From Azolla caroliniana (lineage: Eukaryota; Plantae; Polypodiophyta): 64,000 nucleotides of DNA. The position numbers were made by a program, and so were the translations under genes. Below, one piece after another: positions 36,793 through 49,414 of the stretch (the first letter of the stretch is position 1; each line of letters starts with the position of its first letter). The notes below the pieces were generated by a model, which ran no database searches, was not told the origin of the DNA, and worked only from the letters and a program-made list of their open reading frames with translations. The stretch is from positions 6,200,001 through 6,264,000 of the forward strand of contig JBHGNT010000014.1 of assembly GCA_043228905.1 (NCBI GenBank). The letters are read 5' to 3'.

Positions 36793-39700
36793 TGACGGGA
36801 ACCGCAACGCTCCTTATGCACAATGCTCCGCCACAACCGAGCTTAGAATCATACACAGAAAACAGGAAATAAAACACGACACAAAGAAGAGGAGGGTACA
36901 CAGGATGTTTACGTGGAAAACCCAAACCAAGGGAAAAAACCACGGCAGCCCACAGGCTGCAAACTATCACTATGGTAGAATATACAACAGTGAGTTCACG
37001 GAGGCAACGACCTCGTGCTCACGATCCTCGCCACAGGCGGCGGTTACAACAGAGGCAACGACCTCTTTCTCTCTCTCTCTCTCTTTGTACACTGTTACGT
37101 GCTCTCTCTTCTTCTTGCACCAACAAGAAATGACAACTACAATTTCTATAAGTTTTCCCTTAGTCATATTTATACTAATATGACTTTTCGGCTATTTACA
37201 AATATAGCCTCGATGGGCTCTCCGAAACATATTTACGAATATGTCTCTTCGTCCAGTGAGCATTCCTCACCGAGTCAGCACCATCCGGCTCTCCGTAGCC
37301 GAGTACTTCTCATTCGGTTCTCACCGGGTCTGCACCATCCGGCTCTCTGTAGCCGGGTACTCCTCATCCGGATCTCACCGGGTCTGCACCATCCGGCTCT
37401 CCGTAGCCGGGTACTCCTCATCCGGATCTCACCGGGTCTGCACCATCCGGCTATCCGTAGCCGGGTAGTCATCATCCGGATCTCACCGGGTTTGCACCAT
37501 CCGGCTCTCCGTAGCCGGGTACTCCTCATCCGGTTCTCACCGGGTCTGCACCATCCGGCTCTCCGTAGCCGGGTAATCCTCATCTGGATCTCACCGGGTC
37601 TGCACCATCCGGCTCTCCGTAGCCGGGTACTCCTCATCCGGATCTCACCGGGTCTGCACCATCCGGCTCTCCGTAGCCGGGTACTCATCATCCGGATCTC
37701 ACCGGGTCTGCACCATCCGGCTCTCCGTAGCCGGGTACTCCTCATCCGGATTGTTTATTGGCACTGTTCTTCTCTCTTCCCATCCAGAGGGACCTGTCTC
37801 CCAACAAACTCCCCCTTCACTCCGACATGGGGTGTCTTACCAGTCCGATCCGCTTCCGGCATGCATCTAACTTGTCGGGTATCAGAACTTTGGTCAGCAT
37901 ATCTGACCCGTTCTCGGCCGTGTGGATCTTCGACATTGCGAACTCCTGGTCATCTACTCTTTTCCGGATCTAGTGATACCTTCGTTGGATATGCTTCGTC
38001 CGGGAATGGTAGGCCGCATTCTTAGCAAGGTGGATGGCACTTTGACTGTCGTAATAGAGTCGGTATTCATCTTGCCGGATACCGAGCTCTCCGATGAAGT
38101 CCTTCATCCATAATATTTCCTTGCTAGATACCGAGCTCTCCGATGAAGTCCTTCATCGATAATATTTCTTTGCCGGCTTCCACAACTGCCATATACTCCG
38201 CCTCCGTGGTTGACAATGCAACCGTCTTCTGCAGCCTGGACTGCCATGAAACCCCCTGCATATGTCATTACATACCCGGATGTAGACCGGCTGGTATCCA
38301 CATCAGCCGACATGTCCGAATCGGTGAAACCGTTAAGTTGAGGTTTTCCGTAGCCGAATCAGAGACACATATTTGAAGTGCCCTTCAAATACTGGAGTAC
38401 CCATTTGACCGCGTTCCAGTGCTCCTTGCCGGGATTGCTCATGAACTGGCTCACCACTCCGACTGCGTATCCTATATCCGGTCGGGTACACACCATTGCG
38501 TACATCAAGCTCTCGACGGCAGAGGCATATGGAATCTTCATCATATCCGCCTTCTCTGCTTTCGTCTTCGGGATTTGCTTACCGGATAACCTGCAGTTTG
38601 CCGGAAGTGTCGATCCGACCGGTTTCGCTTCTGACATGTTGAACCGGTGAAGCACCTTTGTCATGTACTTCTCCTGTGACAACCATAATTGCTTCTTTGA
38701 CCGGTCCCGAATGATGTGCATCCCCAGCATCTGTCTTGCCGGACCCAAGTCTTTCATTGAGAAGGTCCGGTTGAGAGCCTTCTTCAGCATCCGTATTTTG
38801 ACTTGGTCACGTCCGACGATCAACATGTCGTCCACGTACAGAAGGAGTATCAGGAAGTCGCCTCTTTCGAACTTCTTCACAAACACGCAGTGATCGGCCT
38901 GTGTCTTGTGGTACCCTTGATTGGTCATGAAGGAATCGAACTTCCGGTACCATTGTCGGGGAGCCTGCTTTAGTCCGTACAAGCTCTTCTTCAACCGGCA
39001 TACTAGGTGCTCCTTCCCTTTCTCCACAAAGCCCTCCGGTTGCTGCATGTAGATCTCCTCTTCGAGGTCGCCGTGAAGGAATGCCGTCTTCACGTCGAGC
39101 TGCTCTACCTCAAGGTCCATGCTTGCCGCTATACTCAGCACCCTTGAGATGGAGGTCATCTTTACAACAGGGGCAAATAGTCGAAGTCCACGCCCTTCTT
39201 CTGCTGGAACCCCTTCACCACGATCCTGGCTTTGTATCTCGGGGGGTTGCCGGCATCTCCCGGTTTCAACTTGTACACCCACTTGTTTCGGAGTGCCCGC
39301 TTTCCTTTCGGCAACTCCACCAATTCATACGGATGGTTCTCATGCAGGGAATCCATCTCATCCTGCATGGCACTTAACCATTTGCGGCTATGGGTGTCAT
39401 CCTTTGCTTCTTCGAAGCTTTCCGGCTCCCCCTCATCGGTCAGCAGCACATGCTCTGCATCCGGAAATCTCCGGGGGGCCCTTCTCTCTCTGAGAGGATA
39501 TCTCCGTCTTTGGGCTTCGGTAGCCAGCTCCTCCATTTGCTCTTCATCCGAATCTGATTCGGGGTCTAGGCCAGTTCTGGTTTCAGCTTCGTCTACTTCT
39601 TCTTTAGCTTGTTCGGTATCCTCACCGTAACCGGCTGGTCCCTCGAGTGCTAATCGGTCTCTTGCCGGTTGGGTCTTCTCATCGTAGAGTCGATCCTTAC

Positions 39701-41160
39701 CGGTCGACTCGGAGTTCATTATCTTCTTTTCCGACTCCCAGTCGGCGAGCGTCTTGTCCTCCATGAAGATAATATCTCGACTCCGGAATACCTTCTTGTC
39801 GACCAGGTCCCACACTCGGTAGCCGAACTCATCGTCACCGTAATCGAGGAATATGCATGGCCGGGTCTTTGGATCTAACTTTCCTCTCCGGTCCTTAGCT
39901 ACATGCATGTACGCGAGACACCTGAACACCTTGAGATGCCGGTAGGATACTTCCTTACCGGTCCACACTCTCTGTGGCGTGTCTCCGTCCAAGGGTATTG
40001 AGGGTGATCTTTTTATCACGTATGTCGTTGTTGACAGTGCCTCAGCCCAAAATTTCTTGGGTAGTTTTGCCTCAACCTCATGTTGATGAAGCACCGTATG
40101 TACGTCGTTGTCTTCATGTGCATCACCTCCCATATCGCGACGTCGATTTTGTCCGGTCTCTTGTCCCCGAACTGAACCGGCAACCAGAGGTCTTTAACCA
40201 TGAGCATGTCCCTCATCTTCGACTTCCACACTGAATAGTTGGAGCCGGTGAGCTTGAACATGCCGCCAATCGATTCGTCCATTTTCTGTGTCGTTTCGCT
40301 CTGATACCACTTGACGGGAACCGCAACGCTCCTTATGCACAACGCTCCGCCACAACCGAGCTTAGAATCATACACAGAAAACGGAAATAAAACACGACAC
40401 AAAGAAGAGGAGGGTACACAGGATGTTTACGTGGAAAACCCAAACCAAGGGAAAAAACCACGGCAGCCCACAGGCTGCAAACTATCACTATGGTAGAATA
40501 TACAACAATGAGTTCACGGAGGCAACGACCTCGTGCTCACGATCCTCGCCACAGGCGGCGGTTACAACAGAGGCAACAACCTCTTTCTCTCTCTCTCTCT
40601 TTGTACACTGTTACGTGCTCTCTCTTCTTCTTGCACCAACAAGAAATGACAACTACAATTTCTATAAGTTTGCCCTAAGACATATTTATACTAATATGAC
40701 TTTTCGGCTATTTACAAATATAGCCTCGATGGGCTCTCCGAAACATATTTACGAATATGTCTCTTCGTCCGGTGAGCATTCCTCACCGGGTCAGCACCAT
40801 TCGGCTCTCCGTAGCCGAGTACTTCTCATCCGGTTCTCACCGGGTTTGCACCATCCGGCTCTCCGTAGCCGGGTACTCCTCATCCGGATCTCACCGGGTC
40901 TGCACCATCCGGCTCTCCGTAGCCGGGTACTCCTCATCCGGATCTCACCGGGTCTACACCATCCGGCTCTCCGTAGCCGGGTAGTCATCATCCGGATCTC
41001 ACCGGGTCTGCACCATCCGGCTCTCCGTAGCCGGGTACTCCTCATCCGGATCTCACCGGGTCTGCACCATCCGGCTCTTCATAGCCAGGTACTCCTCATC
41101 CGGATTGTTTATCGGCACTGTTCTTCTCTCTTCCCATCCAGAGGGACCTGTCTCCCAACA
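36793..41160 (-). mobile_element. Copia A3, two LTRs, internal deletion from gag to integrase core
   Basis: LTRs 36793-37806 and 40312-41160, TSD CAACA/CAACG, iMet PBS 40298-40309, PPT 37807-37816, RT/RH remnants. Confidence 0.93.
37266..37751. repeat. 54-bp VNTR in LTR, 9 copies (6 copies at ~40782-41105 in the sister LTR)
   Basis: Unit CCGGGTCTGCACCATCCGGCTCTCCGTAGCCGGGTACTCCTCATCCGGATCTCA. Confidence 0.95.
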
Positions 41161-42526
41161 CAACGCTTGGCCACAACCGAGCTTAGAATCAAACACAGAA
41201 AATGGGAATGAACGCACGACACAATGGAGAGAAGAGTACATAGGATGTTTACGTGGAAAACCCAAACTCGGGAAAAACCACGACAGCCCACACACCGCAA
41301 ACTATCACTATATGAGAATGTACAATAGGAAAGCACCGAGGCCACGACCTCGAGCTTGCTATCTTCGCCATAGGCGGCGGTTACAACAGAGGCAACGACC
41401 TCTTCCTCTCTCTCACTCTCTCTGTACACTGTTACGCGCTGTAATCTTACACCAACAAGAATGACAACTCCATCACACTAAGTTTGCCCTAAGTCATATC
41501 TATACTAACATGACTTTTCGACTATTTACAAATATAGCCCCGATGGCCTCTCAGGAAACATATTTACGAATGTCCCTTCATCCGGTGAGCACTTCTCCCC
41601 GGGCCTTCACCATCCGGCTCTAGCTGGGTACTCCTCATCCGGCTCTAGCTGGGTACTCCTCATCCGGTTCTCACCGGGTCTTTCGTAGCTGGGTACTCCT
41701 CATCCGGTTCTCACCGGGTCTTCCGTAGCTGGGTGCTCCTCATCCGGTTCTCACCGGGTCTTCCGTAGCTGGGGTACTCCTCATCCGGTTCTCATCGGGT
41801 CTTCCGTAGCTGGGGTACTCCTCATCCGGATTCTCATCAAGGTTGCTCTTCTCACTTCCCATCCGGAGGGACTTGTTTCCTAACAAGCTCAACTAGTTTA
41901 ATCTAGTTAGTCAACATATGTAACTCAGTAGTTACCTAGATCGAATCTAGTTAATGGGTTGACCTTAAGCCTTTAAATAGGACCTTGTACTTAAATGGGA
42001 TAAATTCTAGATCCTCCACTCCTTAGTACATTTAATATAGGACTTACACATAAGTACCTATGTTCTACCCACACATGTGCACCTTTGCACATGGGTTGTA
42101 TATATACCTCATTGTGGGTATTTTTGTATGTTGATGACACTTTTCAATATAGTCAATCTTCCCCCATTTATCTTCATAAGTGTAACTTCCTCTCTCTCTC
42201 TCTCTTCCTCTCACACACTCTCACGTGCATATCATACTATCTTCCGCTGCTTAACATAACCATATAATTAGTCTCTAATTAACCCTAGTTAATTACCTAA
42301 TTACTTAACAGTAACTTGTCTAAATAATTAGGGCTTACTATATAAGCAATAACCTAACGTTGTATATGTAGACTTGTATCTTGAGTCTTTGAGAGAGAGA
42401 GAAGAGTGAATAACGAAAGCTTCCATTATAGTTGAAATTGTGTTTACATTTCCATCATTTCTTCTGTCATATTCTCTGTGTTGTTTGCCGAGCACATAAC
42501 CTATAGGTCCTTACTTGCTTCCTCAC

Positions 42527-43485
42527 ATTCATTCCATCAACGGCCAAGTCCGAAATTGGACAAAGGGAAGGCCAAAATTCCTGAGTACGACGATTCAGAT
42601 GGAAACGAATCGGCTCACTCACTTGACAACGAGTATGGTGAATTGGATGTGCCAATCATGAGGACACTAGGAGTCGAGAATGCTCTCACAAGGAATAATG
42701 AACCACCACGTCGGTCCACCTGAGAGAAGAATGTAGCCAGCTGATTCCATATAATGATTACATGGCATATGACTATGCATTCATGATGAAGGTGGCGACA
42801 GTTCGAGAATCGGAAAACTTTTCCTAAGCCGCTAAGGACCTGCGATTGGTGGAATCGATGAATGAGTAGATGCAAGCACTGTCCAGGAACGAGACATGGG
42901 ATCTCGTCCCCTCTTCACCCCACCAAAAGGCAATCAAATGCCGGTGGATATCCAACGTGAAGCACAACATTGACAGCTCTGCTAATTGCTATAAAGCCCA
43001 ACTCATAGCAAAAGGCTAGGCACAAATGCATGGGGTCAATTACGAAGAGACTTTTTCCTCGGTGGGAAAGATGACAACCATTCGAACCATGATCACGCTT
43101 GCAGCTGACAAAGGCTGACACCTTCACCAAATAGACATCAAGAACGCCTTTCTCCAAGGAGAATTAGATGAGGAGGTGTATATGGTGCAACCACCCGGTT
43201 TCAAGTTGAGCACACACCTGCAAGTGGTTTGCCGATGCAAAAAGCCTCTCTACGGTCTCAAGCAGGCACCAAGAGCATGACATTCAAAGATAACCCAATA
43301 TCTTCACTAAATCGGTTTCAAAATGTCCAAGTCTAACAATTACTTGTTCATCTGAAGCGACTCCAGAGGACATATGTTTATCATAATATATGTGGACAAC
43401 TTGGTCATTAGAGGAGAGCACATAGAAGATATCAAACATATCGAAAAGCTACTCTCCAGCCGATTCAAAATGAAGTACATGAGAG
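42527..43485 (+). mobile_element. Copia family B RT fragment (degenerate)
   Basis: KLDKGKAKIPEY, ETWDLVP, YVDNL; many stops. Confidence 0.8.
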
Positions 43486-46400
43486 TTCTCCTATAGATAC
43501 ACGCCAGAGTAGAATGGCGTGGTCGAATGTTGGAATCAGACGTTGGTAGAAGTGGCAAGGGAAATGCTGGACGAGAAGAACATGCCCCAGATTTATTGGG
43601 CCGAAGCAATTCGGATAGTCCTCTACATACAGAATCGAATATTTGCCTCAGGGACAAAGGTGTCTCTGCACGAACTGTACTTCGAGTGGAACCCGAATTT
43701 GGCGCACCTTCGGGTATTCGATAACATTGCCTACGTGCATGTGCCGAATGAGAAGCAAAAGAAACTGGATGAAAAATCCGAGAAGTGCATCCTAGTTGGC
43801 TACTCCGATGAGCAAAAGGGGTACAAGTGCTACAAACCTCGTTCGAAGCAAGTCCGAGTCAGTCGTGATGTCGTCTTTGACGAATCCACATCTTGGTACT
43901 TCTCATCACCCGAACCCGAGTCGACTGCTTGGACGATGCAACTGATTTCAAAACAGAAGAAAGCATATCGGAATCCGAACCGGATAGTCAAACTTCTCTC
44001 TAGATCAATGGACCGAATTTGGGTTGGTTGAACCGGAACGGTCAACCGGATGACGAGCCAACGAGTAGTGAAGACTCAGTTGTTCTCTCCCCGCGTAAGG
44101 AACTAAGGAGACGGTTCACACACAAAGAGAAGGGGAAGAAAAAGATGCCAGAATAAGATATCGGTAAAGATGAGTCGGATCGGAATAGATCCAACTTCGG
44201 AAAGAACAAAGACGGATCTTTGGGAGAAAAGTCTAAGTCGGCCAAGAGGGCCATGAAATCGGTGAACCAGAAGTTGCACTGATTCACCCACCAAAAGCAC
44301 CTCGTAGTTCGATATGGATATAGCGAGTATATGGTGCATCATTATGTATACATGGTGAAGGTGGCAACCATGCATGAGCCGGAGAGCTATGCAGAAGCGA
44401 TTAAGGATCCGAATTGGCAGAAGGCCATGGAGGAAGAGATGCACGCGCTCATGGAAAATGAGACGTGGGACTTAGTGGACGTACCAAAAGGAGTGAAGTT
44501 GATCGGTTGCCAGTAAGTGTATAAAGTCAAATACAATGTCGATGGCTCCGTTAACAGGTACAAGGCCCGACCGGTGGCTAAAGGCTACACGCAATAATAC
44601 AGAATTTTTTATGACGAGACATTCATGCCAATTGCAAAGATGACAACAATATGTGTCTTGCTTGCGATGACAACGGTGAAGGGGTGGCATCTACATCAGA
44701 TGGATGTGAAAAATGCGTTGCTGCAAGGCGACCTTGAGGAATAGGTGTATATGGTCAGTCCCTCGGATTTCACTCTAGAATGAACACATTGGTTTTTTGT
44801 TGACTGAAGAAGTCTCTTTATGGACTAAAGCAAGCCCCGCGTGCCTAAGATCATGCAATGACAACGTCGAATGGGGTTTGCCACGTCGAAGTTGGACTCT
44901 TCATTGTTCATCCGACGAGGTCGGCACGGGTCGGTAAGCATTTTGCTTTATGTTGATGATTTAGTCATCACCAACGCCGACCTGGAAGAAATCGACCGTG
45001 TCAAGTCCGACCTCGCAACATCATTTGAAATGAAGGATCTCGGGGACTTTCATTACTTCCTCGGGATCAAAGTGATCTGCACCCCAGAAGGCATACTGAT
45101 TAGTCAATGCCATTATGTGTCGAGTAGTCTCTTCAAATTCGATATGACAGAATGCAAGTCCGTCTCGACTCCTCTGCATAGGAATGTGAAACTTTGCCCC
45201 AACTCCAAAATGGCATGCAACCCGAAACTATTTCGATAGGTAGTCGGAAGCCTTATATACCTGACCATCACCCGGCTAGATCTCAACTATCCAGTTGGCT
45301 TGATCAATCAATTCATGGTGCAGCCGACCATAGAGCACCTTCAGTGCGTGCACTAAATATTGCGATACATCAGTGGCACTAAGTACATGGGGTTGATATA
45401 TTGGACCGTTGTAGTAGGACAACTTGTCGGATACATGGATTCCGATTGGGCTGGAAATGCCGGTGATCGAAGGTCAAATTCCGGATTCATGTTTTCACTT
45501 TGAAGTGTCGCGGTCTCTTGGAGCAGCAAAAAGCAGCCGACAATGGCATTGTCGAGCATTGAGGCCGAGTATAGAGGAGTGGTTGTCGCAACGTGCAAAG
45601 CCATTTGGCTTAAACGACTATTAAAGGATATGCAATTGGAGGTGTTCAATCTGACGACGATCTACTGTGACAACCTTAGTAGCATCCAAATGGTGAAGAA
45701 CCCCGTCTTCCACACCCGGACAAAGCACATTGAGGTGCAATACCATTTTGTTCGAGAGCGGGTCCTCTCCGGTGAAGTCGAACTAGTGATGTTCTGACTG
45801 ATTGGTAGACTACCGACATCTTCACCAAACCTCTCGGCTTGGACAAGTTACTACAATTTTTAGGCCTACTTGGTCTCTAACGCCTTGATATGCCAAACTT
45901 GAGGGGTGACACCGAGAAGGAGAGAGATGATGATGTCCGGAATACCGAAGCTGAGGATGGATGGACATGTGCAGATAGAACGAAAAAGTGAAGACTTGTC
46001 AAATGCAGGGGGAGTGACCACAAAGATAAGCCGGAGACAAAGCCAATCGAAAAAGGGGGAGGTAAAGCCTACAAGGCCAAGAAGACCAAGACACGTACGT
46101 GGTCCGATGTCGTGAAGGGTCTGAAGATTAGGGACGAATTGCAGACAACCAATTCGGATGAGAGCTGGAATGAATAGGAGGAAACAGATTCGGAGGAGCC
46201 GAATCAACTGGAGGCCAAGCAGACACGAAGGCAACGACAATCATCACTGACACGGAGGAACCGACGGGTTGAGAAATGCCAGAGTCACGACAATGAGGGA
46301 GCTGACGAAGGCCAAGGGAGCAGACAAACTAACCGAGAATGTCAAGGTGGACGGAACAGGACGGGTCATGGGAAGAGGAATTGGACCGGACGACGAGCGT

Positions 46401-46945
46401 GAGCCAGCGAGAAGATGCTAGGGGGAGCCGGAGGAAAGGACCGATGTACACACATAGCGATCCAACCTCAAGTTGAGCTTCAGGGGGAGTATTGTGCGGG
46501 AAAGCTCATCCGGATCAGGATTGGCTGAAAAAGCCAGAGCCGGATCGTTATCCGGATCAGGGAACCAGATAGGTACCCATATTAGTGTCCGGGTAGATCG
46601 GTATTCGGAACCTAGAGCTGGACCGGAGAACCGGATCGTACTCCGGAATAGTGATAATTGGTAGGCCGTTGGAGCCTACGGTCCGAGTCTAGTTCGTAGG
46701 CATATTCCTTAGAGTTAGTGTCAATTGCTCGTATGAGCATTGAAGTACATGTCAGCCCTTTTAAGGACTTGTATAAAAAGTGTTATGTAGGAAATTTGTA
46801 TGTACAGAGTGTGATTATTTTAAAATTGAGTTTATGTTGTTCTGCTCTCTCTTTGCCTCTCCCATGTATTCAAGCTTTCCATTAAACCTCCGTTTTGTGT
46901 TCTGTAATTAACCAGACTAACCTAATTTGTCTTAGCTTCCGCACA
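43486..46945 (+). mobile_element. Copia family B 3' half (INT, RT, RNase H, ~580-bp 3' region, LTR 46493-46945)
   Basis: YWAEA, CILVGYS, LYVDD, KHIEV; PPT AGGGGGAG; LTR termini TGTGCGG..CCGCACA. Confidence 0.87.
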
Positions 46946-47673
46946 ATATCTTTTACATAAAGGAAGAAGAAAGAGAAGAGGGGCGGGGGCGGGAAGGAAA
47001 ATTTCTATAAGTCGAGGGCATGAAATGAAAATTTCAAATATTAAAGGGCATATGATAAAATTTTTAAAAACATGAGGGTAAAAATAAAAAATATAGAGAC
47101 CAAGGGGTACAAAACATAAACTCAACTCGCATGAAGAAACTGGATAATACACATACACAAAACATGATTTCACAGCCATTCCAAAGTGGACGAGCCAATT
47201 GGTGTGTGATCCAATCGAGAGATGTGTTGACTGAACAAGAAGGTTCAAGTCAAGAAATCTCTTATCAAAGTTATCAATCGTAGAGCTGCAATCTGGTTGA
47301 GGGATTTCTGATCGATGAGACAACTAATGGAGGTCTGGTCGATAAGAGTTGCAATGGCGAGTGGGTTCATCGTGTGATGCACTGTCCCACAGGCGTGCGA
47401 TGTGTTACCCGTAGGAGTGTATGGGGTGGTGTAAGGGTCAAACGTGATGAAGAGGGTTGTGGTATATGTGTAATGTATACGAGTGTGAGTGAGGATAAAT
47501 ATGTGTATGAACACATGCACAATTATGTGCATGTGTACAAGAATGTAACGGTCTTTTTTGTAACAATCATATTATGTAATCGTTACATTATGTACTAGAT
47601 ATAAACCCCTTATGGGGCATGCAATGAAATATACATTTTTCCCTCTCATTTGGTGTCATTCCTTGTTTCTCTC

Positions 47674-47719
<46 letters not shown>

Positions 47720-47849
47720 TTGTAACCCCCTTGGGAGGGGGGTGGAGCCATTCTTGGATCCATCCCCCTCCCAACTCGCTGTAGACAGCTAGTCTTAAGT
47801 CTCATCTACCTCACTATTACTCGACCCAACCTCAGCCACCCAGTCGGCC

Positions 47850-48765
47850 TCCTTAGCCAGTTTATGTAAACACCATGAACATTCACCTAGACTATGCTAA
47901 GAGAGTGTTATGATATGCAAGTGGGACGATGGATTAAGGCATTCTCTACAAATCAACCACATTGATTCAACTCGAAGCATACACTGATGCCAACTGGGCC
48001 GGCTACAAAGCCAATCGACAATCAACATCAGGATTCTTCTTCTCCCTCGGCAGTGGAGCCATATCATGGAGTAGCAAAAAGAAGCCGACAATCTCACAAT
48101 CGAGCACAAAAGTAGAATACAAGGGTGCAATCATGACAACATGCAAAGCCGTTTGCCTGAAGTGAATCTTGAAGGATTTTGGTGTTCCCATCACGGATTC
48201 GATTCTTCTGTACTACGACAACATGACCAACATTCATTTGGCTTAGGACCCAGTCTTTCACGCTCAAACCATGCATATTGAGGTGCACTATCACTTCATC
48301 TGAGAGCGTGTCCTAACTAGAGATATCGACCTGCAACACATCAGTACGAAACTGCAAATGGCCGACATCTTCAGAAGGCTTTGGGAGCCGATAAGTTGCG
48401 GTAGTTCACGACGAACCTAAGTCTTTCGACCGCCAACTAGTCGAGCTTGAGGGGGAGTATAGATAAGGAGTTGTTCGAAACGAAGTTGAACAGAACGTAA
48501 CTTCTATCATGCCCAATTGAAAAACTAAATGAAGATGTTGATAATTTGTGTTTACTATGTTCCTTTATCTTACCCTTTCCGTATTTCTTTCAGATGTCAT
48601 TCACGTAGTGAATATCTATTGAGAGACAACCTCACCATGGGCCGAATTGGCTGAAGAAGCCGAGAGCCAGATCCGTTGGAGACCAATCGGTTAGGCCCGA
48701 ATCGGCTGAATAAGCCGAAAGCCGAATCGGTTGGTAAACCGAATCGACTACCATTAGGGGTTTTC
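47850..48765 (+). mobile_element. Copia family B RNase H fragment and 3' region
   Basis: YTDANWAG..STSG..WSSKK, HIEVHYHFI; TTGAGGGGGAG at ~48447. Confidence 0.78.
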
Positions 48766-49414
48766 TGTTAGGAAACAGGTCCCTCCGGATGGGAAGTGAG
48801 AAGAGCAGCCTTGATGAGAATCCGGATCGGCATTATGTTTCAATACCAAAATGCTGTTAATCAGGTTTCGGTATTTCGGAAGCTAGTAAGACTCCAGTAC
48901 CAAGATGGCTCCAGCATGGCAGAGCACATGAATGCCTTCCAGGGGCTGATCCACCAGGCAGCATCATTGGAAGTACCTCTTGCCGATGAGGTACTAGCAC
49001 TACTCCTACTCGGTTCCCTCCCAGATAGCTAGGAGACGTTGGTTGTCACCTTGGGCAACGCCGGGCTGAAAGGGAAACGGTTATCCCTAGCAAGAGTGAT
49101 GTCGAGCTTGCTAGATGAAGAGGCGCGTCGGAAAGATAAGGATATGAGCTCCGACTCCAAAGCGATCCTAACCGAATCAGAACGTGGAAGACAAAGAAAC
49201 CGTAGTCCCTAGAACCGGGAAAAGTCAGGGACACGGTCAAAGTCAAGGGGAAGGCCTACTTGCTTCTATTGCGGCAAGCCGGGACACTTCCAGAAGAACT
49301 GTCGTCATTTCCGAAAAGACAAGGAAACCGATGGTACCGATTCGAAGCGGACACCGGACTGGAACGGTAAAGACCGGAGGGGGACGGACCGGAAGGGAAC
49401 GACGACAATCGCGG

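Larger units (their letters stand above)
36762..41885 (-). mobile_element. Family A solo LTR (36762-36792 + 41161-41885)
   Basis: Perfect TSD AGCTC; similar to the reverse complement of LTR 10366-11186; 40-bp repeat array. Confidence 0.88.
36744..42310 (+). mobile_element. Copia B-type solo LTR (36744-36761 + 41886-42310)
   Basis: Perfect TSD GTAAC; homologous to LTR 13292-14021. Confidence 0.88.
33463..42526 (+). mobile_element. Degenerate copia C 3' half (INT end, RT, RNase H, 3' LTR 36693-36743 + 42316-42526)
   Basis: IFLGYG..RYQLWD..VVFNE, LDVK..FLHGDL, YINDML, YTDSDY, KHIEV; PPT GGGGGAG before 36693. Confidence 0.85.

Noticed and set aside
37015-38025. 336-aa repeat protein (also 40423-41211)
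   Set aside because: Antisense read-through of a 54-bp LTR VNTR; copy number and frame are not conserved in the family
45866-46490. env-like or extra ORF in the copia 3' region
   Set aside because: Short purine-biased ORFs with no motif, not shared with B3
46946-47850. Possible MITE/Mutator end and an additional LTR with a CT microsatellite
   Set aside because: Could not define paired termini, TSD, PBS or PPT
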